The notes under the pieces are model-generated. The model was given only the letters and a program-made list of their open reading frames with translations, had not been told where the DNA came from and searched no databases. Of a DNA stretch of 52,381 nt, positions 9,885-18,941 are shown in pieces; the first letter of the stretch is position 1, and each line of letters begins with the position of its first letter. Position numbers and translations under genes: made by a program. The stretch covers positions 1-52,381 of the forward strand of contig CAJLCI010000013.1 of the NCBI GenBank assembly GCA_905205065.1. The letters run 5' to 3'. Source of the DNA: an uncultured Eubacteriales bacterium. Lineage in GTDB: Bacteria; Bacillota; Clostridia; Oscillospirales; CAG-272.

Positions 9885-10313
9885 TTATTTTCCAATAAAA
9901 ACATTTTCATATTTTTTGTTTTCTTTTTCGGTTTTCTTTAACGAGCGGCGGATAATTAAGGTAATACCAGCAATTATAAAGTATATTATACTCAGAATAA
10001 GACTTGTAATTAAAGCGCCTGCCGTGTTTGAATTTCCGGATATAATTACGAGAAATATTACTAAAAAGCTTATTAAAAAGCCTATATAATGAAGAAATAT
10101 TTTTAAACCGATTCCAAAAGATTTTATATAAAATATGCGGTTTAGTGCGGATAGCAACAATGAAAAAACAAAAAATGCTATTAACGTTTTAAATGTTAGA
10201 ATGAGAGTAGTGAATCCGGCGAGAGTGACGATAGTTTGTGATATGAGAGTGAGCAGTGTAAAAAATAAGCATGCCGGGTAAATGATTGCGGAAATTATCT
10301 TTTTAACTTTCAT
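9885..10313 (-). CDS. Small polytopic membrane protein, hypothetical
   Basis: 142 aa with 4 predicted hydrophobic helices. Preceded by the perfect palindrome at 10339-10361. Confidence 0.4.
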   Translation of the reverse strand: MKVKKIISAIIYPACLFFTLLTLISQTIVTLAGFTTLILTFKTLIAFFVFSLLLSALNRIFYIKSFGIGLKIFLHYIGFLISFLVIFLVIISGNSNTAGALITSLILSIIYFIIAGITLIIRRSLKKTEKENKKYENVFIGK

Positions 10314-10338
10314 GGTCTGTATTTATGTCCTTTTACGT

Positions 10339-10361
10339 ATTAATCACGTATAGTGATTAAT
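10339..10361. promoter_or_regulatory. Perfect 9-5-9 palindrome ATTAATCAC-GTATA-GTGATTAAT, candidate operator about 26 bp upstream of the membrane-protein start
   Basis: Exact inverted repeat read directly from the sequence, in the promoter/5'UTR position of the minus-strand gene. Confidence 0.4.
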
Positions 10362-10749
10362 CATTTTTACTCTATATTATCATATATTTTTTACGTTTTT
10401 GTGATGAAAATAATAATATATCAATAATAACCGAAACAGGTAAAATATATGTGTTTAGTTTGACAAAAATATTATTGTATGTTATAATATCATAAAGCTT
10501 AACGCTTTAAGGGGCGAGATTCATTTCATCGCTAAAACAGTATTTTTTCGATGTTAGCTATGAAATACTGTGCTTTGACAGAAATACCGCAATTTGTGAT
10601 ATGATTCTGCCGAGTCGAATCTTTGCAGTATTTATTTGGAATTGTAGTGCAATTAAATCAAAAATGTCTTATAATTTCGGAATGACATTGTAAGACAGAT
10701 TATATAATTTATATTAAATTTATAAAATTCAGAAGGGGAAATTCAGTTA

Positions 10750-11802
10750 ATGTTTGAAAGGCTCGTCGGGAACGATAAGCTTAAGGCTCTTCTGTCCAGA
10801 GAAATAAGAGAAGGAACGCTTGCTCACGGCTACATAATTGAAGGTCCCGCCGGTATCGGCAAGCATACGCTGGCTTTTGATTTGGTAACCGCTATGGCGG
10901 GATTTGACGAAAAAGGCCTTAAACGTATTAAAGACGGACTTTGCCCTGATATAAGAGTTTTTGGAATTCCGGCCGGACGAAAAACAATAGGTATCGAAAC
11001 AGTTCGGGAGTTTGGCTATCTTTCATCTGTTACACCGAATGAGCTTGATTTTAAAATGACAATTATAGAAAATGCTGATTTTATGACTGTTCAGGCTCAG
11101 AATGCATTTCTAAAACTTCTTGAGGAGCCGCCGGCAGGTGTGTATTTTCTCATGCTCTGTGAAAATGCTTCTGCCTTGCTTCCTACAGTGCGTTCACGTG
11201 CTTCAATACTTAGAATGCTTCGGTGTGATAATGAAAGTATAAAAAGATGTTTAAAAAGCAGCAAAAGGGGTTCTTATATTTTTTCCAGAGATCCTTATGC
11301 CTTTGATGCAATTGTCAGAGCTTCTGACGGCAGAATTGGAAAGGCTCTTGATTTGTGCGGAGAACCGGGTGTCACAGGAGAGCATAATCCCGATTCGGCT
11401 GGTAAAAATTCTATGCAGAAAGCGGCTGAGCTTATAGAATGCATAGCCGGTAGAAGAAGTGCTCCTATTATGCTTTGTATAAGCAAGCTCGGCTCAGACA
11501 GGAATAGGATATCTCTTTTGATGTCTTTTTGTGGTTTAGCTGTTCGTGATTTGATTTTGTGCAAAGCATCTTTGATGGCCGAAAAAGATGCCGATGATAC
11601 TAATGCAATATGTTTGTCGGAGCAGCTGTGTTTTTATGAATCGGGAAACGAAGCTGCAATAAATGCTCAAAGACTATCAATGTCAGAGATTATGCAGTGT
11701 GGCTATGTTTTTTCTATATTTTCAGAGCGCCTTATTCAGAACGGAAATGTAAGGCAAATACTGACCGAGTTGTCATATCAGCTCAGAAAAATTGTATGCT
11801 GA
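10750..11802 (+). CDS. holB: DNA polymerase III subunit delta' (HolB)
   Basis: AAA+ clamp-loader N-terminus LAHGYIIEGPAGIGKHTLA. Position immediately upstream of the ricT/yaaT homolog, as in Bacillus. Confidence 0.75.
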   Translation: MFERLVGNDKLKALLSREIREGTLAHGYIIEGPAGIGKHTLAFDLVTAMAGFDEKGLKRIKDGLCPDIRVFGIPAGRKTIGIETVREFGYLSSVTPNELDFKMTIIENADFMTVQAQNAFLKLLEEPPAGVYFLMLCENASALLPTVRSRASILRMLRCDNESIKRCLKSSKRGSYIFSRDPYAFDAIVRASDGRIGKALDLCGEPGVTGEHNPDSAGKNSMQKAAELIECIAGRRSAPIMLCISKLGSDRNRISLLMSFCGLAVRDLILCKASLMAEKDADDTNAICLSEQLCFYESGNEAAINAQRLSMSEIMQCGYVFSIFSERLIQNGNVRQILTELSYQLRKIVC

Positions 11803-11856
11803 ACTTGTAAAATCAGATGAGACTTTGAGTATGTGCGAAAGGTACGGTTATAATCA

Positions 11857-13590
11857 ATGGAAGAATTTGTGAATGTATCCGGTTCAGAGGATACCTCCCG
11901 GGAGTCTGGGACTTCCGGTGAAAAAAACAATAAGAAATCCGAAACTAATAATACAAAATCAAAACGCAAATATCATAAATATTCAAAAAGAAAGAGAGCT
12001 GCGGAGAAAGCAGAGAAAATCGGGAACAATTCTGAATCTGATGTAAAAAACACTTTTGATTCGGATAAGGAGCGGAACGCAGACGGGGCAAAGGCTGACT
12101 CCGTTATTAAAGATTTGGATTATATCGAAAATTCCGCTCTGGACGATTATAATGCCGGTACTTCGGACATTGATGGGTGTACCGCGGATATAAACACAGA
12201 GTATGAAGTTATCGGCGTAACTTTTAAAAAAATCGGAAAGATATACTATTTTGATGTAGACGGAAATACTTTTCAGAGGGATGATCACGTTATTGTAGAG
12301 ACCGCTCGCGGACTGGAGTATGGTACGGTAGTATATCCTAATCGAGTTGTGAGCGGCGCTGAGATAGTGCTTCCACTTCGTAAAGTAATAAGAGTTGCAA
12401 CGAATGAAGATGAGCAGCATCATCATGAAAATTTGAAGCTTGAAATTGAAGCGTTTAATGCCTGCGTGGAAAAAATTGCGCTTCACAACCTTGATATGAA
12501 GCTTGTAGATGCTGAGTATACATTTGACAATACAAAGCTTATTTTTTATTTTACATCGGAGGAACGGGTAGATTTTCGTGATCTTGTAAAGGATCTTGCA
12601 TCTATTTTCCGGACAAGAATTGAACTTCGTCAAATAGGAATTCGAGACGAAGCGAAGCTTATGGGAGGTCTTGGAATATGCGGTAGACCGTTTTGCTGTC
12701 ATTCTTTTCTTTCTGATTTTGTTCAGGTTTCAATCAAGATGGCAAAGGAACAAAATCTTTCTTTGAATTCATCTAAAATATCAGGAGCATGCGGCAGGCT
12801 TATGTGCTGTCTTCGCTATGAATATGATACCTACAGTGAGGAAATTAAAAAAACGCCTAAAATTGACTCTGTTGTTTCTACTCCGGAAGGAGACGGAATT
12901 GTAAAAGAAACGGTACCTCTTGCCGGTATGGTAAAGGTAGAGCTTCGAAATAATAACGATACTTTATTAAAAGTTTTAAGCCGTGATGAAGTTAATGTTA
13001 TAAAGGGTAAGACTGTAAAAGAGTTTTTGGCCGAAATTGCAGAGAAGTCCGAAAAAGATGAAAAAAGAATTAATGGTGAAAAAGATAATAAAGTTGAATT
13101 AAGAGAATCGTATGAAAAAAATGACGGCACCAGGGAAAAAAGGGAGAAAAAGGAGAGCATAGCTTCTTTTAATAAAAAATCGAATAAGGATTATTCAGAG
13201 AAAGCCCAGATTCAGGATGAGCAGCCGTCAAAGATAAACACTTCAAAGAGACAGGCTTCTGTTTCTAAAGTACAGTCGTCAACAAATGTACAGTCGTCGA
13301 AAAAAAAGCAGTCTAAATCTGTATTTTCAAGGCTTCGTTCAGAAGAAGCACAGCAACAAAAAGAACAAATACCGAAATGCCGTTCCGAGGGAAATCAGTC
13401 TTTGAAGTTTTATCCTGCCGCAGCGCCGGGACTTGAAAAGTCAAATTTAGACGCAGAATACGGTGATTTTGAGCTATACGAAGAAACTGTTAAAACATCC
13501 AGATCCGGAAAATTAGTGCGTAGGAAAAAAGGAGCTAATAGTAAAAAGTCATCGGGAAATTTAAAAAGGCAGAATCAAAAAAAGAATTGA
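11857..13590 (+). CDS. ricT: PSP1-domain protein RicT/YaaT with long low-complexity N- and C-terminal extensions
   Basis: Central PSP1 core (GLGICGRPFCCHSFLSDF...CGRLMCCLRYEYDTY). About 110-aa K/S/E-rich N-terminal extension and about 190-aa K/S/Q-rich C-terminal extension. 577 aa versus about 275 aa typical. Confidence 0.75.
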   Translation: MEEFVNVSGSEDTSRESGTSGEKNNKKSETNNTKSKRKYHKYSKRKRAAEKAEKIGNNSESDVKNTFDSDKERNADGAKADSVIKDLDYIENSALDDYNAGTSDIDGCTADINTEYEVIGVTFKKIGKIYYFDVDGNTFQRDDHVIVETARGLEYGTVVYPNRVVSGAEIVLPLRKVIRVATNEDEQHHHENLKLEIEAFNACVEKIALHNLDMKLVDAEYTFDNTKLIFYFTSEERVDFRDLVKDLASIFRTRIELRQIGIRDEAKLMGGLGICGRPFCCHSFLSDFVQVSIKMAKEQNLSLNSSKISGACGRLMCCLRYEYDTYSEEIKKTPKIDSVVSTPEGDGIVKETVPLAGMVKVELRNNNDTLLKVLSRDEVNVIKGKTVKEFLAEIAEKSEKDEKRINGEKDNKVELRESYEKNDGTREKREKKESIASFNKKSNKDYSEKAQIQDEQPSKINTSKRQASVSKVQSSTNVQSSKKKQSKSVFSRLRSEEAQQQKEQIPKCRSEGNQSLKFYPAAAPGLEKSNLDAEYGDFELYEETVKTSRSGKLVRRKKGANSKKSSGNLKRQNQKKN

Positions 13591-13604
13591 AACCTAAAGG
13601 TTAA

Positions 13605-13840
13605 TTTATAATTAAAAGTGAGATGTTTACATCTTTAAAATATCTATAAAGCATCTGTAAAGACGTTTTTCCGCATAGTTGAAGATGTTCATTTATAAAT
13701 TAAATATCTTTACTTGAAAATATGTTAAGTTGAAAATATGTTAAGTTGTAAATATGTTAATTATAAAGATGTACACTTGTAAAGATGTTTAATTGCAAAT
13801 GTGTTTAATTGTAAAGTTTTTTTGTTTCTGTAGGTTGCGT
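13605..13840. repeat. AT-rich array of about 10 degenerate 15-17 bp direct repeats, core TAAAGATGTTTAATTG / AAAATATGTTAAGTTG
   Basis: AAAATATGTTAAGTTG occurs twice in perfect tandem (13726-13757), followed by TAAATATGTTAATT, TAAAGATGTACACTTG, TAAAGATGTTTAATTG and CAAATGTGTTTAATTG. Confidence 0.6.
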
Positions 13841-14220
13841 ATTCCATTCCTTTTTAGGCGGATGCAATTTATCGACGGTACTCCTAAGGACAATGATTTC
13901 TTTTGTTGAACTGACTGAAAATTTTAAACTGTATTTATTATAAGCAGGAAGTACAGCAATAAAAAGAACTAATACCGAATTAGAACACAGTGGGACTGTA
14001 CAATGTTAAGATATGGACTTGTGTTTTACCTAACTTATATTTTTCTGTTCCTGTAAAATTTGCTGACAAAACGATATTAAACAATCGAATTTAAGGATTT
14101 GTGTTGACTTTATGATTCTTAATCGAGTTTTATGATATAAGTATAAGAATGTATTTGAAAAATGGTATTATAAATGTTCTGAAATGTGAGAATTTACATG
14201 TATAAAATCGTAATTTGTAT

Positions 14221-14249
14221 TTGACATTGTCGTATAAGTATGCTATAAT
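14221..14249 (+). promoter_or_regulatory. Perfect sigma-A consensus promoter (TTGACA, 17 nt, TATAAT) for the ferredoxin mini-gene
   Basis: TTGACA at 14221-14226, 17-nt spacer, TATAAT at 14244-14249. RBS GGAGGTG at 14270-14276. Confidence 0.7.
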
Positions 14250-14282
14250 AACTGAGGTAAAATAATTTGGAGGTGTTTTATA

Positions 14283-14456
14283 ATGGCATATAAAATCAGT
14301 GATGCATGTATTTCATGCGGCGCATGTGCAAGCGAATGTCCCGTTGGGGCAATTTCAGAGGGAGATCAGAAGTATGAGATAAATGCTGACGAATGCCTCT
14401 CTTGTGGTGCTTGCGCAGAGGTATGTCCCGTAAATGCTCCTGCAGAAGCAGAATGA
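14283..14456 (+). CDS. fdx: 2x[4Fe-4S] clostridial-type ferredoxin (57 aa). Absent from the ORF track because it is shorter than 60 aa
   Basis: Translates to MAYKISDACISCGACASECPVGAISEGDQKYEINADECLSCGACAEVCPVNAPAEAE. Two CxxCxxCxxxCP motifs. Strong RBS and promoter upstream, terminator downstream. Confidence 0.85.
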   Translation: MAYKISDACISCGACASECPVGAISEGDQKYEINADECLSCGACAEVCPVNAPAEAE

Positions 14457-14469
14457 GCTGTAATAATTT

Positions 14470-14500
14470 AAAGGCGCCGCTTGACGGTGCCTTTTATTAT
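14470..14500 (+). terminator. Intrinsic terminator after the ferredoxin gene
   Basis: AGGCGCC...GGTGCCT stem (one G-U wobble) followed by TTTTATTATT. Confidence 0.6.
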
Positions 14501-14570
14501 TGCGGTCATCATGTTTTACGTTTTCCGATTGATTTTATAAGAACTTTGACCTTGTTTTTACCAATTCAGT

Positions 14571-14752
14571 TTTATAAAATCTTAAGTTATATTTATTGAT
14601 TTAAGTAATATAAAATTTCTTGCTTAAATTTAATGATTAAGCTATATAAAATTATAAGCTTAAATTTATTTATTGAGTTATATAATATTTTTGTCTTAAA
14701 TTTATTGATTGAATATTATAAGAAACTTTGTCTATGTTTGTGTGATTGAGTA
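14571..14752. repeat. About 5 tandem degenerate copies of a roughly 36-bp AT-rich unit (TATAAAAT..CTTAAATTTATTGATT.AG)
   Basis: Units start near 14571, 14609, 14645, 14683 and 14719, in the region upstream of trmN6. Confidence 0.55.
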
Positions 14753-14833
14753 TTACTTGTGACTATTATTTTGATATCTAATTTGCCGGATAGTGATATC
14801 TGGTATTTATATTATATTAGGACGGTCATAGAT

Positions 14834-15595
14834 ATGTTTAATAAAGAAGGCTTTGAGCTGAAGGAAGGCGAATCGGTTACCGATATAAACTTTGGTCTGA
14901 AAATGATTCAGCGTGATGGGGGTTTTGTGTTTGGTACGGACGCTTTGCTTCTTGCAGCGTTTATAAAGTCGTTTCCGCGCAAACGCGCTGTTGATTTAGG
15001 ATGCGGCAGTGGAGCGATCTCATTGCTTTGCGCTGTTTCAGGAAAATTTGATCATATAGAAGCAATTGAGCTTCAGTCCGAATATGCAGAGCTGTGTGAA
15101 AGGAACGTATGCCTTAATGGTTTGAGTGATTTGATTTCTGTAACAAATAATGATATTAGAAATTTAACTTCGGGGCATGAAAAATTTGATGTAGTTTTTA
15201 CTAATCCTCCTTACATGCGCTCTGACAGCGGAAAGCATGCTCATAATTTCGGACGCAATGCGTCTCGTCATGAATTAAATGGAGGCATATCAGATTTTTG
15301 TTCAGCCGCAGCTGCCGCGCTTGAATGGGGCGGTGTTTTCTACGCCGTATACCGTCCGGATCGTCTTGTAGATTTGTTTTCTTCAATGAGAAATTCGGGA
15401 ATAGAGCCTAAGAGATGCTGTTTTGTGCAAAAGGATTTATCGCATGCGCCTTCGCTTGTGCTTGTTGAAGGAATACGCGGGGGTAAATGCTCTCTTGCAG
15501 TTATGCCTGCGCTTTTGCTTTCGGAAGATAACGGAAAAACAACATCGCGTGCCGAATTTATATATAGAACTTTAAATTTTAACTTTAATCAGTAA
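14834..15595 (+). CDS. tRNA (adenine37-N6)-methyltransferase TrmN6/YfiC-like (YabB homolog), SAM-dependent
   Basis: Start set at MFNKEGFEL (the track ORF starts at a GTG at 14759). GCGSGAISLL SAM motif and the NPPY catalytic motif. Sits between ricT and rsmI, as yabB does in Bacillus. Confidence 0.6.
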   Translation: MFNKEGFELKEGESVTDINFGLKMIQRDGGFVFGTDALLLAAFIKSFPRKRAVDLGCGSGAISLLCAVSGKFDHIEAIELQSEYAELCERNVCLNGLSDLISVTNNDIRNLTSGHEKFDVVFTNPPYMRSDSGKHAHNFGRNASRHELNGGISDFCSAAAAALEWGGVFYAVYRPDRLVDLFSSMRNSGIEPKRCCFVQKDLSHAPSLVLVEGIRGGKCSLAVMPALLLSEDNGKTTSRAEFIYRTLNFNFNQ

Positions 15596-15767
15596 ATAAA
15601 GAGTAATTTGAAAAGACCATATTTTTGTATGGATCATACTGTTATTCGGAATAGTTAAATTATTATTTGCGAAACGGTTCTTGACGAAATATTTTCAGTA
15701 ATTTTTTGTCCTGACTTGTATAGTTTTTAAGCTCTTATTATATGTTTTGAAAGGAATTATTATAAAG

Positions 15768-16673
15768 ATGGAGAGAGAATACGATGGATTCCTTGAGTCA
15801 ACAAACATGGCAGGCGAAAGGAATCGCATAGAGAGAGGTACGCTGTATCTTGTTGCATCGCCGATAGGGAATCTTGCAGATATATCTGTGCGCGCTGTCA
15901 AGGTTCTTTCAGAATGCAGTTTTATAGCTGCGGAAGATACGCGTGTTACCGCAAAGCTTCTATCATACCTGTCGCTGAATAAGCCGCTTATTTCGTATCA
16001 TGAGCATAACAAACGATCTGCCGGTGAAGAAATTGTAAGAAGATTGAAAAATGGGGAGAGCTGTGCTTTGGTTACGGACGCAGGAACTCCCGGAATTTCA
16101 GATCCAGGCAGTGATATTTCAGCTCTTTGTATAGAGAGGGGAATTTCCGTTACGGCTGTACCGGGACCGTGTGCTGCTGTAAATGCTTTAATTCTCTCAG
16201 GTCTTGATACTTCCAGCTTTATTTTTGAGGGATTTCTTCCTGAAAAGAAAAAGGAAATTCAGTCATTGCTTACCCAGCTTAAAAGAGAGCGTAGAACAAT
16301 GATTTTTTATTCCTCTCCTCATGATTTGCTTAAAGTTTTAGAAATATTTTCAGAATTTTTTGGAAAAGACCGCATGATTGCTATATGCCGCGAAATGACG
16401 AAGTTAAATGAGGAAGTTCTGCGCGGAAAAATAGATGAAATGCTGAGTTACTACACTGAGCACAATCCGCGTGGAGAGTATGTAATTGTGGTTAGCGGCA
16501 GTAAAGATAACGGCATTGCTTTCTGGAATGAAATGAGTATTTACGAGCATGTATCTTTTTACGAGAGCAATGGATACGGAAGAATGGATGCTATGAAAGA
16601 GGTTGCTTCGGACAGAGGGGTAGCAAAAAATATTATATATAAAGCTATGATTGAAAGAAGCGGCGATGAATAA
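15768..16673 (+). CDS. rsmI: 16S rRNA (cytidine1402-2'-O)-methyltransferase RsmI
   Basis: GTLYLVASPIGNLADIS N-terminal signature of RsmI. Tetrapyrrole-methylase-like fold motifs. Confidence 0.75.
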   Translation: MEREYDGFLESTNMAGERNRIERGTLYLVASPIGNLADISVRAVKVLSECSFIAAEDTRVTAKLLSYLSLNKPLISYHEHNKRSAGEEIVRRLKNGESCALVTDAGTPGISDPGSDISALCIERGISVTAVPGPCAAVNALILSGLDTSSFIFEGFLPEKKKEIQSLLTQLKRERRTMIFYSSPHDLLKVLEIFSEFFGKDRMIAICREMTKLNEEVLRGKIDEMLSYYTEHNPRGEYVIVVSGSKDNGIAFWNEMSIYEHVSFYESNGYGRMDAMKEVASDRGVAKNIIYKAMIERSGDE

Positions 16674-16768
16674 AAAATATAAAAACAGTCTTGATTACTA
16701 ATACATTTTTGTATGCAGTAATAATTAAGGCTGTTTTTATATTTGTGATTTTTTAATATTTTTTAAAT

Positions 16769-17563
16769 TTAAGAGAGAATCGCGCTGTCGTTTGAGAATT
16801 CACTTCCGCTGGCAGTTGAAAACATTTCGATAAGCTGTTCCACAGTAAGGTTTTTCTTTTCTTCTCCGCTGACATCAACTACAACATGACCGTTGCTCAT
16901 CATTATGAGACGGCTTCCGTGTGCGATGGCATCACGCATATTATGCGTTACCATCAATGTTGTGAGGTTATTCTCCGCCACGATTTTATCGGATAACCGA
17001 AGAACCTTTTCGGCAGTTTTTGGATCGAGGGCTGCGGTATGCTCGTCGAGCAGCAAAAGTTTTGGTTTCTGAAGAGATGCCATCAGCAATGTGAGCGCCT
17101 GACGTTGTCCTCCGGATAAAAGTCCGACCTTCGCAGTCAAACGATCTTCAAGTCCAAGATCGAATTCTCTGAGAAGCTCACGGTATTTCTCGCGTTCATC
17201 TTTTCTTATGCCCCAGCCGAGTCCGCGTACTTTTCCGCGCCGATATGCAATTGCGAGATTTTCTTCAATTTGCATTTCCGGGGCAGTTCCCATCATTGGA
17301 TCCTGAAAAACTCTTCCGAGAAATTTTGCTCTTTTGTATTCAGGTATATCAGTAACGTCAACGTCGTCTATGAAAATACTTCCGGAATCCGGTTTCCAAA
17401 CGCCGCAAATTGCATTAAGCATGGTACTTTTTCCTGCGCCGTTTCCACCGATGACTGTTACAAAGTCACCGGGAGCAAGTGTGAGATTAAGATGATTAAG
17501 CGCAACCTTTTCGTTGTTTGTACCAGGATTGAAGGTTTTGCAGATGTCTACAAGTTTTAGCAT
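16769..17563 (-). CDS. ABC transporter ATP-binding protein (COG1101 type, partner of PF04392 binding proteins)
   Basis: Walker A GGNGAGKST, signature LSGGQRQALTLLMA, Walker B LLLLDEHTAALD. Confidence 0.7.
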   Translation of the reverse strand: MLKLVDICKTFNPGTNNEKVALNHLNLTLAPGDFVTVIGGNGAGKSTMLNAICGVWKPDSGSIFIDDVDVTDIPEYKRAKFLGRVFQDPMMGTAPEMQIEENLAIAYRRGKVRGLGWGIRKDEREKYRELLREFDLGLEDRLTAKVGLLSGGQRQALTLLMASLQKPKLLLLDEHTAALDPKTAEKVLRLSDKIVAENNLTTLMVTHNMRDAIAHGSRLIMMSNGHVVVDVSGEEKKNLTVEQLIEMFSTASGSEFSNDSAILS

Positions 17564-17652
17564 TTCTATATTATCATTCCTTTCTGCCGGCCGAAGTTAT
17601 ATGATAGCTTAAGCCTGCAAAGGCACTAATTTTTTAATAACCAAAAGTGAAA

Positions 17653-17745
17653 TGTCCGTGTCTGTGAGCTGTCCACGTCTGTAGGGGATGGGTTCCGTTC
17701 ACTTTTTCTGGATGATACAATCCATGTCGGAACGCCTTATTACGG
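17653..17745 (+). repeat. Dispersed repeat family, copy A (TGTCCGTGTCTG..TGTCCACGTCTGTAGGGG..GTTCCGTTCACTTTTTCTGG-[hairpin]-CGGAACGCCTTATTACGGG)
   Basis: Lies in the 286-bp gap between the ABC permease and ATPase genes. Confidence 0.6.
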
Positions 17746-17849
17746 GACAAATCCTTATTGAACAAATAAAAATATTCTTGCCGCATAAATTATGACTGTA
17801 AAAACGGTTTTTGCTAAGATATATTGTTGTATTCCGTGTATTATGTTAT

Positions 17850-18785
17850 TTATTCCTTGGTCTGAAGAAGTTTTTTATCGGATTTATTTCCTTTTCTGAA
17901 GTATTGTTTTTTCCAATACGGAATAGCAAGGAAGATTGCTACAACAACTGCAGACAAGAGCTTAAGCAGGTCGGTATCCAGGCCGAGCCAAATAACGGTC
18001 TGATAAACAAGATAGTATATTACACCGCCTAAAGCAACGCTCAGAAGCTGAAGTGAAAAGTTGTGAAGGAACTTCCCGAAAATTGCTTCTCCGATGATAA
18101 CGGCTGCAAGACCGATTACAATTGCTCCGCGTCCCATTTGAACATCTGCAAATCCCTGATATTGAGACAGAAGCGCACCGGAAAATGCAACAATTCCGTT
18201 AGACAGCATTAATGCAATTACTTTATTTATGTTTGTATTTATTCCATTGGCGCGGCTCATATTCGGGTTACTTCCTGTTGCTCGGATCGCACATCCTTTC
18301 TCTGTTCCGAAAAACCAATAGAGGAGCAGGATTATAACTACTATGATAATTCCAACAACGAATATGGTATTTTGGTAGAAAGGGACACCTTTATTATACT
18401 GCATTGAAACTAAAAGCTTATAATTGCGTACATTAACTGCCTGATTAGCTTTTCCCATTATTTTAAGATTGATTGAATACAGAGACAGTTGAGTGAGAAT
18501 TCCAGCGAGAATAGGAGGGATTCCCATGAAGGTATGAAACAAACCTGTAGCGAGTCCTGCAAGCAGCCCGGCTAAAAATGCTGTAAGTACTGCTACAGGA
18601 ATGCTGTATCCTCCGGTTATCATCATGACGCAAACGGCGCCGCCTGTACAGATAGAGCCGTCCACAGTGAGGTCCGCAAAATCAAGGATACGATATGTTA
18701 TGTAAACACCGATAGCCATTATGCCCCAAATAAGGCCTTGTGCGACAGCTCCGGGAAGTGAGTTTATTAGATCTATGATAGACAT
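17850..18785 (-). CDS. ABC transporter permease (COG4120 type)
   Basis: 311 aa, about 8-10 TM helices. RBS GGGGGA upstream. Confidence 0.6.
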   Translation of the reverse strand: MSIIDLINSLPGAVAQGLIWGIMAIGVYITYRILDFADLTVDGSICTGGAVCVMMITGGYSIPVAVLTAFLAGLLAGLATGLFHTFMGIPPILAGILTQLSLYSINLKIMGKANQAVNVRNYKLLVSMQYNKGVPFYQNTIFVVGIIIVVIILLLYWFFGTEKGCAIRATGSNPNMSRANGINTNINKVIALMLSNGIVAFSGALLSQYQGFADVQMGRGAIVIGLAAVIIGEAIFGKFLHNFSLQLLSVALGGVIYYLVYQTVIWLGLDTDLLKLLSAVVVAIFLAIPYWKKQYFRKGNKSDKKLLQTKE

Positions 18786-18941
18786 AAAAATCCCCCAATA
18801 AGGCTTAAAATCTGAATTTCAGATTTATATATTGTATAACTAAAAAAATAAAGCGTCTCCTGCCTGTCACGGCGGCCGCCGTTTTTGGTATTAACGTCTT
18901 ATACATCGCGGCAACAATAGTTGTTGCCGCGATGTATTTTA

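Noticed and set aside
10314-10749. SRP (4.5S/scRNA) or other housekeeping ncRNA upstream of holB
   Set aside because: No SRP domain IV motif (GGTGCTGTTT...AGGTCCGGAAGGAAGCAGCC) or other recognisable ncRNA signature is present. The region has only palindromes and promoter-like elements.
11983-12702. 239-aa ORF on the minus strand inside ricT
   Set aside because: It is antisense to a well-supported gene, lacks an RBS, and is a low-complexity AT-rich translation. Spurious. The same judgement applies to other antisense or overlapping track ORFs, for example 31018-32004, 46918-47367, 14393-14599, 25772-26035, 24835-25158 and 12831-13160.
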